In this document: piece after piece, positions 12,960-25,505 of the stretch
Layout of the letters: each line of letters opens with the position of its first letter
How positions within the stretch are numbered: position 1 is the first letter of the stretch
Origin: Squalus acanthias
Taxonomy: Eukaryota
Length of the DNA: 64,000 bases
Reading direction: 5' to 3'
Assembly: GCA_030390025.1 (NCBI GenBank)
Contig: CM059432.1
Coordinates: 51,214,001 to 51,278,000 of the forward strand
The notes under the pieces: model-generated
Seen by the model: only the letters and a program-made list of their open reading frames with translations
What the model was told of the DNA's origin: nothing
Databases searched by the model: none
Made by a program: the position numbers and the translations under genes

Positions 12960-13927
12960 ACTTCATTTCCAAAAATGAGAAAAATAGAGGTTGTTAGAGT
13001 AAATTCTTATGCAATTCTAATACTTGTTTCGATATGAGATTAGGTGAACATAAATTTTGACCTTGCATTGAGAATAACTAATTGCAAAATTGAGTTGCAA
13101 TGGATAATTGGACTAAATAGGGTCCTTCTAACTCCTCTGTTTGTTAGACTTAAAATAACCACCAAATGGCAGTATTTATCGTATACAAAGTATATATTCC
13201 AAATAGAATATATAATGAGTATGTCACTGCTTAGCAGGATAATTAGATTAGAAATATGTATATAAATTATTAGGAATATTAGAAATAGAATTCTTAGAAA
13301 TATCTATAAATAATCAAAAAAGGTTAATGGAATGTTAGCCTTTATAACTAGAAGGCTAGAATATAAAGGGGAGGAATTTTTACTACAGCTATACAAAGCC
13401 CTGATTAGACCACATCTGGAGTACTGTGTACACTTCTGAGGAACACACCTTAGAAAGGATATATTGGCCTTGGAAGGAGTGCAGTGCAGATTCACCAGAA
13501 CATTAATAGGGCTCCCAGTGTTAGCTTATGAGGAGAGAGTACATAAACGAGGCTTGTATTCCTTGTTTTTTAGAATTTTGAAAGGAATTGACCAGTTAGA
13601 TAGAGGGAAACTTTTTCCACTGGTGGGGAAGTCTAGGACAAGGGGCATAACATTAAAATCAGAGCCAGGCCATTCAGGAGAAAATTTAGGAAACACTTCT
13701 TCATGCAAAGGGTGATAGAAGTGTGGAGCTCTCTCCAACAAAAAGCAGCAGATGCTAGCTCAATTAATAATTTTAAATCTGAGATCGATAGATTTTTGCT
13801 AGCCAAGGGTATAAAAGGGATATGGAGCCAAGACAGGTGGATGGAGTTAAGATACAGATCAGCCATGATCTCATTGAATGGCGGAACAAGCTTGAGGGGC
13901 TGAGTGGCCAACTTCTGTTCCTATGTT
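12960..13927 (+). mobile_element. Decayed CR1 LINE 3' fragment
   Basis: LYKALIRPHLEYCV, ALEGVQ.RFTR and a CR1 3' UTR. Confidence 0.8.
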
Positions 13928-13936
13928 GTATACTAT

Positions 13937-14940
13937 AAGGGAGAAATTCAGTTGGTTAACGCCTCCCGTTAGGGCCTGGCGGGGACGCTAACAGGACGCT
14001 GATGCAGTTGCGCCGGGGCGAGGCGAATTCCGCGCCGCACGTCAAATCCGGCCTCCCTGTAGTGCTGCGCTAACAGTTACCGCCAGGCAGGCAGATCATG
14101 ACGTCAGTGAGCGTCTAACACTCACTAGGCGCCCGATCTGCCAACTTCATTGTCGCCCCCTGCCTTAGCGCCTCGCCCCGACAGCGACAGGGAGAGGAGG
14201 CGTCAAGCAGACGATGCCGGCTCCAGGGTGCTACTTAAAGGGATCATGAGTAATGAGTCGCAGCTGTCAGGTTAGTGCTGTTTCACTGCTTCCTTGTCAG
14301 TTTGAGATCGTGCAACAGTTTAATTCAGTCATTTACAGGTTCTTTAGTTTCAGGAGTGTTGTGGCTACTGAAAATTAGTTACATTTATTCTCATAACATA
14401 TCAAAGTGCTACACTTGGTTACATTGATGGGATTGTACTGGCAGTGGATTGCCCTCCAGGATCTACTGTGGAGGGAGCGGAGGCAGCGAGAAAGACTAGA
14501 ACATGTGGCCAGAGGGAGGAGGAGGGCCATCAGGGCTCTCAACAGGAGGCCATACCCTCTGAGGGTATTCCGACAGCACTTCTCCTACCTTCAATTAAGT
14601 GAGGAGCAGTGGATTAGACGGCTCCGCATCACCAAGGTGCTGGTCACAGAACTCTGCCACCTCCTCCAAACAAACCTCCAACCTCACACCAGGATGACTT
14701 AAACCCCAGATCCCCTTTGCTCACCATATGCCCATCATGCCGTCCATCTGCCATGCCATATCACAGCGTCCTCATGGGCGCAAAGTTGAAATGAGAGAGA
14801 CCACAAAATATTGCAAACTCTATGAATAAATTTATGCATAAACATATCACACATATCATAATCATTCCAACAACTAATGACCCTTGCGCCTGCCATAGTT
14901 GAATAGCTGTCATTGTGTGCAAGGCCTGAGATGTGGGTGT
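13937..14940 (+). mobile_element. Truncated Harbinger element (transposase-side end plus transposase N-terminus)
   Basis: Starts gggagaaattcagttgg, the reverse complement of the 42579 end. ORF 14406-14702 RRPYP.RVFRQHFSYLQLSEEQ..RRLR matches the 40909-42069 N-terminus. Confidence 0.8.
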
Positions 14941-14959
14941 GTAATGTAACATCTTACCT

Positions 14960-15185
14960 AAAATAAAAACAGAAAATGCTGGAGATACTCAGCAGGTCAG
15001 GCAGCATCTGTGAAGAGAGAAACAGAGTTAACGTTTCAGGTTGATGACCTTTCGTCAGAACTGGAAAAAAGCAGGAAATGGAACAGATTTTTAAGCAAGT
15101 GTAGGAGCTGGAAAAGGGGTGAGGGGATGAAAGAACAAAAGGGAAGGTCTGTGATAGGATAGAAGGCAGGAGAGGTTAAGAGACA
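14960..15185 (-). mobile_element. Penelope-like pseudo-LTR fragment
   Basis: Same terminus as at 2340; contains a hammerhead core. Confidence 0.75.
15026..15062 (-). ncRNA. Minimal type I hammerhead ribozyme, second copy
   Basis: Minus strand AGUU-CUGACGA-AAGGU-CAUCA-ACCU-GAAA-CG-UU-AACU. Confidence 0.72.
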
Positions 15186-15939
15186 TTCAACATCTTACCT
15201 TCTGTGAGTTGAACTACAAAGCAGGATTAGTCCTAGAAATAGGAGAAGTAGTCCATGGCCTGTTCATCAATCTGCCTGACTACAAACTAAATTATATTTA
15301 TGAGGTTGTTTTCTTTATAGATTAACCATTTTAAAGCATTCACTAGAAGTTGCAACTCTTCTGGAGTGGCATGATGGCAAAGCAGTTGAATCCAAAAGCC
15401 TTCAACAGTCACTAGTTAATTTTTGGTGCTTTATTAAACTTACTTTGCATAAACTAATTTTTTTTAATTAAAATGCTTTCTTGTTCTCAAATGTGTTACT
15501 CAATTGGATGGTGACTCACACAGAACAGAAAGTGCAAGGCAAGTCCTGAGAAACAATTACAACACATTATTATCAGTGGAATAATTTATTGATTCAGAGG
15601 CAAGTAGGATGAGTTTCAGAATAAATGTGCATAGTCTAGATTTTGAACTTTTGGACACTATAAGGTATATTTTTCAGTCTTAAAGGCTGGTGGAATAGAT
15701 GTGGGAAACCAGACCCATTTAGTTGGATGAGCACCACTTTAGTGCTGTAAAGGATGTTTTGCAAGGCCTTTTAAACTGGCCTAAAATTGCTCTCGTTGGG
15801 AAGGAGCCACAGCTTTATTTAAAAATTAAAATGGATTTAAATGAAGACTGGAGTGATTTTACATTTAGTTAGGATGGGATTTGGCTGAGGTTACCCTTCG
15901 CCCATCTCGAGTGGGCCAATGGGAAGCTCCATGGAGGAT

Positions 15940-17500
15940 CATAGATTCATAGAATGATAAAGCACAGAAGGAGGCCATTCAGTCCATCGTGCCTGTGCTG
16001 GCTCTTTGGTAGAGCTATCCAATTAATCAAACTCTGCTGCTCTTTCCCCATAGCTCTATAATTTTTTTCCCTTCAACTATTTATCCAATTCCCTTTTGAA
16101 TGTTACTATTGAATCTGCATCCACCACCCTATCAGGCAGTGCATTCCAGATCACAACAACTCGCTGTGTAAAAAAAAAAGGCTTCCTCATAAGATCATGG
16201 CTGATCATCGACCTCAACTCCACTTTCCCGCCTGATCTCCATATCCCTTGATTCCCCTAGAGTCCAAAAATCTATCTATCTCAGCCTTGAATATACTCAA
16301 AGACTCAACATTCACAGCCCTCTGGGGCAGAGAATTCCAAAGATTCACAACCCTCTGAGTGAAGAAATTCTTCCTCATCTCAGTCTTAAATGGTCTACCC
16401 CTTATCCTGAGACTATGCCCCCTAGTTCTAGACACTCCAGCCAGGGGAAACAACCTCTCAGCATCTACCCTGTCAATCCCCTTCAGAATCTTGTATGTTT
16501 CAATGAGATCACCTCTCATTCTTCTAAACTCCAGAGAGTATAGGCCCATTCTACACAATCTCTCATCATAGGACAGCCCTCTCATCTCAGGAATCAATCT
16601 AGTGAACCTTTGTTGCACCGCCTCCAAGGCAAGTATATCCTTACTTTAGATAAGGAGACCAAAACTGTGCACAGTACTCCAGGTGTGGTCTCACCAAGGC
16701 CCTGTACAATTGTAGCAAGACTTCCTTACTCTTATACTCCAACTCCCTTGCAATAAAGGCCAACATGCCATTTGCCTTCCTTATTGCTTGCTGTACCTGC
16801 GTGCTAGCTTTCTGTGTTTCTTGCATGAGGACACCCAAATCGCTCTGAACACCAACATTTGAAAGTTTCTCACCATTTAAAAAATATTCTGTTTTTCTTT
16901 ACTTCCTACCAAAGTGAATATGTCACCTCTGGTTCTTTTGTCAATCACCGTAAATCTGTATCCTTTGATTACCGACCCTTCTGCCACGAGAAACAGTTTA
17001 TCCTTTATTTACCATTCATGATTTTGAACATCTCTATCAAATCTCCTCTTATCCTTCTCTGCTCTAAGGAGAACAACCCCAGCTTCTCCAGTCTCTCCAC
17101 GTAACTGAAGTCCCTCATTCCTGGTAAAATTCTAATAAATCTCTTCTGCACCCTCTCCAAGGCCTTGACATCCGTCCTAAAGTGTGGTGCCCAGAATTGA
17201 ACACAATACTCCAGCTGAAGCCTAACTAGTGTTTTATAAAAGTTTAGCATAACTTCCTTTACTCTCATATTCTATTTTCTCCCTCCTTATCAATGTTTTG
17301 GTCATCCTTTGCTGGTTTCTAAAACTCTCCCAATCCTCAGGCTTACTACTCTTCTTGGCAACATTATAAGACTCTACTTTTAATCTAATATTATCTTTAA
17401 CCTCTTTAGTTAGCCACAGTTGGATTATTTATCCCATGGAGATTTTATTTCTCAATGGAATGTATATATGTTGAGAGTTATGAAATATTTCTTTAAATTA
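15940..17500 (-). mobile_element. Mosaic of nested CR1 3' fragments
   Basis: ORFs 16214-16627, 16641-16838 and 17005-17268 are CR1 ORF2 C-termini from two subfamilies. Confidence 0.85.
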
Positions 17501-17569
17501 AATTTAAATTAAATATTTACCTGTAACTTACCCCCTCTGCTGCTCCTTGTGCTGTGATGTCAATTTGCG

Positions 17570-18360
17570 ATTTTCCTCCCGCTCCATTATGGGCCTCGCC
17601 CTTTCCTCTCGCTCCACTCTCAGCCTCGCCCTTTCCTCCCGCTCCACTCTCAGCCTCGCCCTTTCCTCTCGCTCCACTCTCGGCCTCGCCCTTTCCTCCC
17701 ACTCCACCCTTGGCCTCGCCCTTTCCTCTCGCTCCACTCTCAGCCTCGCCCTTTCCTCTCGCTCCACTCTCGGCCTCGCCCTTTCCTCTCGCTCCACTCT
17801 CGGCCTCGCCCTTTCCTCTCGCTCCACTCTCAGCCTCGCCCTTTCCTTTCGCTCCACTCTCAGCCTCGCCCTTTCCTCTCGCTCCACTCTTGGCCTCGCC
17901 CTTTCCTCTCGCTCCACTCTCAGCCTCGCCCTTTCCTTTCGCTCCACTCTCAGCCTCGCCCTTTCCTCTCGCTCCACTCTTGGCCTCGCCCTTTCCTCTC
18001 GCTCCACTCTCAGCCTCGCCCTTTCCTCTCGCTCCACTCTCGGCCTCGCCCTTTCCTCTCGCTCCACTCTCGGCCTCACCCTTTCCTCTCGCTCCACTCT
18101 CAGCCTCGCCCTTTCCTCTCGCTCCACTCTCGGCCTCGCCCTTTCCTCTCGCTCCACTCTCGGCCTCGCCCTTTCCTCTCGCTCCACTCTCGGCCTCGCC
18201 CTTTCCTTTCGCTCCACTCTCAGCCTCGCCCTTTCCTCTCGCTCCACTCTCGGCCTCGCCCTTTCCTCTCGCTTCACTCTCGGCCTCGCCCTTTCCTCCC
18301 GCTCCACTCTTGGCCTCGCCCTTTTCTCTCACTCTGCTCTCGGCCTTGGCCTTTTCTCAT
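17570..18360. repeat. 30-bp minisatellite, ~26 copies
   Basis: Unit gctccactctc(a/g)gcctcgccctttcctctc, with exact 30-nt periodicity and degenerate edges. Confidence 0.97.
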
Positions 18361-18557
18361 GCTCCAATTTTGTTAGCAAGTCTATTATGTGGTACTTTAT
18401 CAAATACCTTTTGAAAGTTCATATGCACAATATCAACCGTACTACCCACATCAACCCTCTCTGTTACTTCAACAAAGAACTCAATCAAGTTAGTCAAACA
18501 TGATTTGCCTTTAACAAATCCGATCTGACTTTCATTTATTAGCTCATACTTTTCCTA

Positions 18558-21500
18558 GAGGGAGAAATTCGGTACCTTAGCACCTCCAGTTAGCGCCTGG
18601 CAGAGGTGCTAATGGGACGCTGAAGTAGTAGTGCCGTGGCAAGGCGGATCCAGCACCGCACGCCAAATTCAGCACCCCTGTAGTGGCACCGCTACGGATT
18701 AGCACCGGGGACTTCAGCGTCAGGCAGATCATGACGTCAGTGAGCATGCAACGCTCACTGGGTGCCCAATCTGCCAAATTGAGTATCGCCCCCTGCCTTA
18801 GCACATCACCCCAACAGCGACAGTGGGAGGAGGCGTGAAGCAGTTGGTAGCCGGCTCCAGGGGCGCTACTTAAAGGTATTATGAGTAATGAGTCGTAGCT
18901 CTCAGGATAGTGCTGGTTCACTGCTTCCTTGTCAGTTTGACACTGCGCAACAGTTTAAATCAGTCATTTAAAGGTTGTTTAGTCTCCGGAGTGTTGTGGC
19001 TACTAAAAATTTGTTACATTTATTCTCACAACATATCAAAGTGGTACACTTTGTTACATTAATGGGCGCTGTACTGGCAGTCGACCTTGCCCACCAGGAT
19101 CTATGGCGGAGGGAGCGCGGGTAGTGAGAAAGATTGGAACATGTGGCCAGAGGGAGGAGGAGGGCCATCAGGGCTCTCAACAGGAGGCCTTACCCTCCGA
19201 GGGCCTTCCGACAGCAATTGTCCTGCATTCAATTAAGTCAGGAGCAGTGTATTAGAAGGCTTCACCAAGGACGTGGTCACAGAACACTGTCACCTCCTGC
19301 AACCAGACCTCAAGCTTCAGATCAGGATGAAAACCACTCTCTCAGTGGCAGTCAAGGTCACCGTCGCCCTCAATTTCTTCGCCAGTGGATCCTTCCAGTC
19401 TGCAACAGGAGATATCGGTAACATCTCGAAGTTCGCCATCCATCGCTGCATCACAGAGGCTCTCTACAGTCGGAGAAGGGAGTACATTTCCTTTCCCATA
19501 ATGAGAGCCATCCGCCACCGGGAACATCATTGAGCAGACCATCGGGGTGCTCAAGCAACGGTTCCACTGACTTGACCACTCGGGAGGAGCCCTCTAGTAC
19601 TCGCCGGACCATTTCATCGTGGTGTGCTGCATGCTCCACAATTTGGCTATCATGAGGGCTCAGCCTTTACCAGCAGGGATTGCGGGACCACCTCAGGAGG
19701 AAGAAGAGGGAGAGTAGGAGGAGGAGGACAACAAGGAGGATGAGGAAGACGAGGAGGAGGAGGAACAGGAGCGCGGGAGGAGGCAGCCACTCAATCGGCC
19801 TTCCGGAAGTGTGGTCCGTGACCGCCTCATCAGACTGCGGTTCCAATAAATTAAACCCCAGATCCACATTGCTCACCACATCCCCATCATTCCATCCCTG
19901 TCACAGGCCATATCACAGCGCACAGCTGAAATGAGAGACAGTACAAAATTATCCAAAGTGAATTAATACATTTATCAATAATTAGTGAACACACCTTTAC
20001 AGTAACAATATTTACTATTCACCCTTGTGCAATCCCTTAGTGCCTCTCATTACTGTGCCTTTGCCTACTCTAGTGCTACTGAAGGGATAATTACTAGTCC
20101 TAGCCCCTTTAGGGCTACCCCGGATCAGGCGTATTCCCCAGACATTCACTTTCAACTAAAGTTTGAGGTAGCCGAATCCTGAAGATGCTTAATTGGGTCT
20201 AAAGGTCCAGACTATCTCTCCCTAAAGGAAAGGAACAACCTGAAGATGTTACCATCCTCCAGATAGCACTTTTAATAAGTTTAGCTAGACCGTAACGTTC
20301 TGGATATTATGAGGGTCCGGAAAACTCCCTCAGAATTCTGCAACTCCTCACCAAAGAGCGTACAGAGATTGAGTTCGCGAGTTTGATACAGAAGTATTAT
20401 TTGAGACAATTCTAAAAATATATAGATTTATTAAAGAACCGACATGTAATTACAGTTGGTGATTCAATCGCAACATTAACAGTTCCAAAAACAGAAATCT
20501 TACAATTCTATTATCAGAGATCCTTATTCTCAAATCTTAACTTGGTTACATTTTTACAGTTCTTAGTCTATTCCAGGATATCCACCAAAATCAAATACAA
20601 TACCGTTGATCCCCGAGATATAAAGAGTTGTAGACTTACAGAGCTTGCTTCTGAAGCCGAGAATCGCTTTGCCCCTTTACAGCGAGACTATCATCCCATT
20701 TAAAAGTTCAATATTTATATCCTTTCTCAGTGGTATTTCCTTTGAAGTTTTCTGCTGATGTAAGCTAATTATGTCTAGTCATTTTTCTGTTGACCCCTGC
20801 TATTCTTACAGTCAGTTCAGCTGGTTGCATTAAGAATCGTGTCTCTACCTTTAGGTGTTCGAAGCTTATCATAAAAACGATGTGGAGCAGGTGCATCTAT
20901 TTGATGTCATTCTTACCAAAGTCTTCTGTTTGTGTCTTTTTACGACGTGTAAATTAAAACAACCTCAACCAGGGTGATCTCTGCAATTCTTAAGTCACCT
21001 CAGCTGGTTGCAACACAGAATCGTGTCTCCTGTCCGTAGGTGTTCTAAGTTTAACATAAAAACGATTTGACGGCAGGTGTTTCTTTTACTTGATGTCATT
21101 TTTACGAAGGCATATGTTTCTTTTTCTTTTATGTGCCTGTTTACGAAATGTACTTTATAACACCTTAACAGGATGTACCATTGTCTTTTTTCCAAATCTG
21201 CAGACTTCAGGAGCCTCCAACCTCCTGTTTCAATAAGGCTATTGATTCAGTGTCAACAACTTATCTTATCTCAATAGCCTGTATGCTGTTTACAGCTTTT
21301 CCATTGTTAGGGTTTTAGATTTTCAAGCCCAGTTTGTCATGTTACAAAGGCCAGAATTCTTTCAGAGAATGGTGTATTTTTCTGAATATGGCTTATTCCT
21401 TCACAGTCCCAGTGGCTGCAGCAAGGCTGGTGGAAGGCTGCTGAGTGTCTGTGCGGGAGACTTCAGATGGCCTTGCAGGACGCCCTTGACCAGCTCTGGG

Positions 21501-23581
21501 CCTGGAAGGCCCGGCTGTAGACTGCACCACCTAAGCATGGGCAGGCCGCAGTCTGGGCTGGCTAGATGACAAGCAGCGACAAGGGCAATGACGGAGTGGC
21601 AGCGGTGGGAGCAGGAATGCTATCATCGTGAGAGAAGACAGCAGGTTCCTGCTCCACTGACCCACTGCTACTTCCCTAGGGCAGCACCTCAGCATCCCTA
21701 GCAATCTGTTGCAGTACAGATTGCTGGTCTGCTGCGACACCGTGAAAGCCCTGGTCAATGGTGGTAGACCCAGCCACGATGGCAGCAGTCAGAGCTGGCG
21801 TGGTATCAAGCTGAGACTGCATGAGAGCGTTCTGAGATTGGATGCCACCAAGCATAGACTGCATTACAGCACTAAGACATTGCATCACTTCCACCTGTGC
21901 TGCAATGGAAGCTGCCAGATCGCCCATCACACGTGGCATCAGGTCTGGGTTGCCACGGTCTCTCTGGGAGTCTACCATCCTTTCCAGACTGGAAATGATG
22001 GGCTCCATGGTGTGCGCAGAGCTTTGTGCAATGTTGGAGGTGGACTCCTCCACGCTCCTTACCATTGCCGAGAGGCTCTCGGGCACCCTTGGCATTGCAC
22101 CAATGATCTCCGTGTGTATGCTCATCACCCTTCTTCTAAAGGCATCCACATTGAGGTCCTAATCTCAGAACTCACGCGCGAACTCGCCCTCCGGAGAGCT
22201 GACCCCCGAGCTACCCTTTCCCCCTGGTCTTGCTGCAGCCCGCTCATTCCCAGTGCATCACCCTGTGCAGATCCCGCTACTATACTAGCCTCTAAAGAAC
22301 GCGTAGTGCCAGTATCTGAGCTGGTGCCTGCGGGTGTGACTTGCAGTGACACGGTGTGTTCTTCCTCCTCCTCTTCTCCTGCATCGCTCTCAACGGTGCC
22401 CTCAGGGACTGGCTGCTCCGGTGCTTGCTCATTATCTGAAAGCATAAAGGCACAAGGGACAGGTTAAGGTGAGGGGAGGGGGCAGGAAGGGAGAAAGGCA
22501 TGCATTCAGCATGATTAGCTAGAAAGTGCGAAAGGCTTGTGGGGTGAGGGGAAAGTGGGATGTGAGAAGGAGTAGGGTGATGATACCGTTGTTTTCCCCA
22601 AGGGGTTCAACGTCGCCGGTGGCCGCGGCGCCCACCACCTGGCACCCAATTATCTCCAGCACTCTGTTTTCCAGCGCAGACCGTGGTTGGGTGTCGGCTT
22701 GACCCCCGCCTGTGAGCTCCTTCTCCCTCCTGTTGTGAGCCACCTTGGCCTGCAAGAGAAAGGAAAGTGCGTGAGTGAGTGAGTGTGGAGCAATGTGTTT
22801 GGGTGACGTTCCTGCCATAGTTGAATAGCTGTCATTGCATGTAAGGTGTTAGATGTGGATGTGAGTGTTGTTAGGTAGAGATTGTTGGTGGGTGAGCTCT
22901 GGGGTGTGGTGCTTTGGGCAGTGACTGCAGACTATGGTTCAAATGATGGTATGTAGCATTTGCTGAGGCATTGACTCACCCTGACCACTCAAGTGAGGTT
23001 GTTTAATTTCTTCCTGCACTGTGTATGGGTCCTGGGGACCACAGTGCTGCCCAAGACCTGATGGGCAACCTCGCTCCACATGGCACGGAAGACTTGCGGC
23101 GAGGGCCTCCTACCACTTGCTGGGTACAGCACCGCCCTCCATCTCTCCACAGTGGACACCAACTCCTCCAATGCTTGGTCCGAAAATCTGCGAGCTCTCT
23201 CCCTGGGGCGTGGATCTGCCATGAGTACAGCTGGTTGAGTCGTCCGGCTCCTTGGACTTGGCCTGCTCCTGCTTGCTGACACAGCTTCACAGGCAGCAAT
23301 GCTGAGAATGAGGTTCTGCAGCATGATTGAACCTCCCCTTTAAGAACTGGAAAGAGCCTGTGGTAATGATGACTAGCGATTAGACTGCACCTGATATTGG
23401 TTAGCACTTTGAATGTAATGCCACTGAGCTAGGTCATTAGCATTTGATTTAGTGCTCCAGCCCTTTCTTTGAGCAATGACACTGAATTTTACATGCAGCG
23501 AGATTCATTAGCGCCTGGTGCTAAATCTCCAACTTTTCCAAAGTTAGCACCCACTCCTGGGCTGTAATGAATTTCTCCCCC
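18558..23581. mobile_element. Full-span but decayed Harbinger transposon (transposase pseudogene +, Myb/SANT pseudogene -)
   Basis: TIR gagggagaaattc/gaatttctccccc with a CTA TSD. The transposase at ~19062-19848 has an internal deletion (VAVKVTVALNFFASGSFQ, IEQTIGVLKQRF). Myb exons at ~22980-23222, ~22590-22750 and ~21405-22435. Confidence 0.85.
20080..21403 (-). mobile_element. Solo LTR (1324 bp) inserted in the Harbinger
   Basis: TG...CA ends with a 10/11 inverted repeat (tgaagggataa/ttattccttca). Minus-strand TATAAA (20714-19), GTAAGT (20634-39) and AATAAA (20427-32). Harbinger sequence resumes on both sides; there is no clean TSD. Confidence 0.7.
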
Positions 23582-23611
23582 CTAATGTCAGTTAATTTTG
23601 TCCCGGATTAC

Positions 23612-25195
23612 TGGGGGTAATTTTAACACCGAAAAACAGGTGGATTGGAATCGGGTGAGATGTTAAACTTTAAAAAATCTCAAATACGACCCCAACCTCC
23701 CTCCAACCCGCCCATTACCGGGTTTAACAGAAGTGGGACAGGGTCGGGCAGCCAACCCGCTCCCAGGAGACGGGTTGGCCATTTAAATTCTATAATGAGG
23801 CTGGGAGCCTCACATTTATCCTGCTTTATAGGTTTAACCCTGGCTGGCTTAAGGGAGGTGAGGACAGCTCTACAGCACTGCTTTTGGGCCAGGAGGAACA
23901 GCAGTGCTTCCCCCTGCCCCCCGAGCTTACCTCCTTCCCTTGGACCAGGCCCCCCTCCATCAGAAGCCCCCCATCCAAAGACTCCCCCCCGGGATCGGGA
24001 ATCGGACCCCCCCCACCAGATCGGAGCTATACCCCACGCTCCCACTAGATGCTGCAGGCTCCTTACCTGCGGCTGCGGCCTGCTCCAGAGCGCTCCCCGC
24101 CCAACTGGAAGCCAAGCCTGTCAATCAGATGATACTAAAGTCGGCTGTGTGGTTGATACTGAAGAAGGAAGCTGTAGACTGCAGGAAGATATCAATAAAT
24201 TGGTCAGGTGGGCAGAACAGTGGCAAATGGAATTCAATCCAGAGAAGTGTGAGGTAATGCATTTGGGGAGGACTAACAAGGAAAGGGAATACACATTAAA
24301 TGGTAGGACACTGAGTAGTGTAGAGGAACAAAGGGACCTTGGAATGCATGTCCACAGATCCCTGAAGGTAGCAGGCCAGGTTGATAGGTGGTTAAGAAAG
24401 CATACGGAATGCTTGCCTTTATTAGCCATGGCATAGAATACAGGAGCAGGGGGGTTATGCTTCAACTGTATAAAACACTAGTTAGGCCTCAGCTAGAGTA
24501 CTGTGTGCAGTTCTGGTCACCACATTACAGGAAAGATGTGATTGCACTAGAGAGGGTACAGAGGAGATTTACAAGGATGTTGCCGGGAGTAGGGAATCTT
24601 AACTATGAGGAAAGACTGGATAGACTGGGTCTGTTTTCCTTGGAACAGAGGAGACTGAGGGGAGACCTTATTGAGGTGTATAAAATTATGAGGAGCATAG
24701 ATAAAGTGGATAGAAAGGACCTATTTCCCTTAGCAGAGGGGTCAATAACCAGGGGGCACAGATTTAAAGTAATTGGTGGAAGGTTTAGAGGGGATTTGAG
24801 GGGAAATTTCTTCACCCAGAGGGTTGTGGGGGTCTGGAACTCACTGCCTGAAAGGGTGGTAGAGGCAGGAACCCTAACCACATTTAAAAAGTACTTGGAT
24901 GTGCAGTTGGGATGCTCTAACCTGCAGGGTTACGGACCAAGAGCTGGGAAGTGGGATTAGGCTGGATAGCTCTTTGTTGGCCGGCGCGGACACGATGGGC
25001 CGAAATGGCCTCTTCCGTGCTGTAACTTTCTATGATTCTATGATTCTAATCAGGCTAACTTCCGGGTGGGGAACCTGTTAAAAAAAAAAATTGCACACTT
25101 AAAACTGCACAGCATGTGGGTATACCCACTTCCAGGTTTCCTGGTCGAAACTCCGCGCTCCCCCATTTACCAAACCCTCCCCGTCAATATCGAGG
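23612..25195 (-). mobile_element. Harbinger-type MITE (same family as 62078-63309) interrupted by CR1
   Basis: 23612-23810 aligns by eye to the reverse complement of 63110-63309. The right boundary is approximate. Confidence 0.65.
24129..25047 (+). mobile_element. Young 5'-truncated CR1 LINE
   Basis: Nearly open ORF2 C-terminus (24388-24960), (ttctatga)n tail, and aatcag duplicated on both sides. Confidence 0.92.
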
Positions 25196-25239
25196 ACATT
25201 GTCTCTAAAAGTTTCCCCACACCGACAATTAAAAAAAAA

Positions 25240-25505
25240 ATGTGTTCACGGGATGTGGGTATCGCTGGCAAGGCCAGCATTTATTGCCCATCCCTAATTG
25301 CCCTTGAGAAGGTGGTGGTGAGCCACATTCTTGAACCGCTGATGTAGCAGTTTGGTACAACTGAGTGGCTTGCTGGGCCATTTCTGAGGGCAGTTTAGAG
25401 TCAACCACAATGTGGGTCTGGAGTCACATATAGGCCAGACTGGGTAAGGATGGCAGATTTCCTTCCCTAAAGGACATCAGTGAACCAGAGGGGTTTTTAC
25501 GATGA
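25240..25505 (-). mobile_element. SINE 3' portion sharing its tail with the LINE at 30050-32340
   Basis: Reverse complement of the gggcaattagggatgggcaataaatgctggcc tail, followed by non-LINE sequence. Confidence 0.6.

Noticed and set aside
17570..18360. CRISPR-like regular array
   Set aside because: Units are contiguous with no unique spacers, and the context is eukaryotic.
17517..18503. Four overlapping 259-318 aa ORFs
   Set aside because: By-product of a stop-free 30-bp repeat; there is no unique coding flank.
21709..22467. 252-aa + strand ORF
   Set aside because: Antisense to the decayed Harbinger Myb exon 3.
23645..24436. 263-aa ORF
   Set aside because: Chance fusion of MITE sequence with a CR1 ORF2 fragment.
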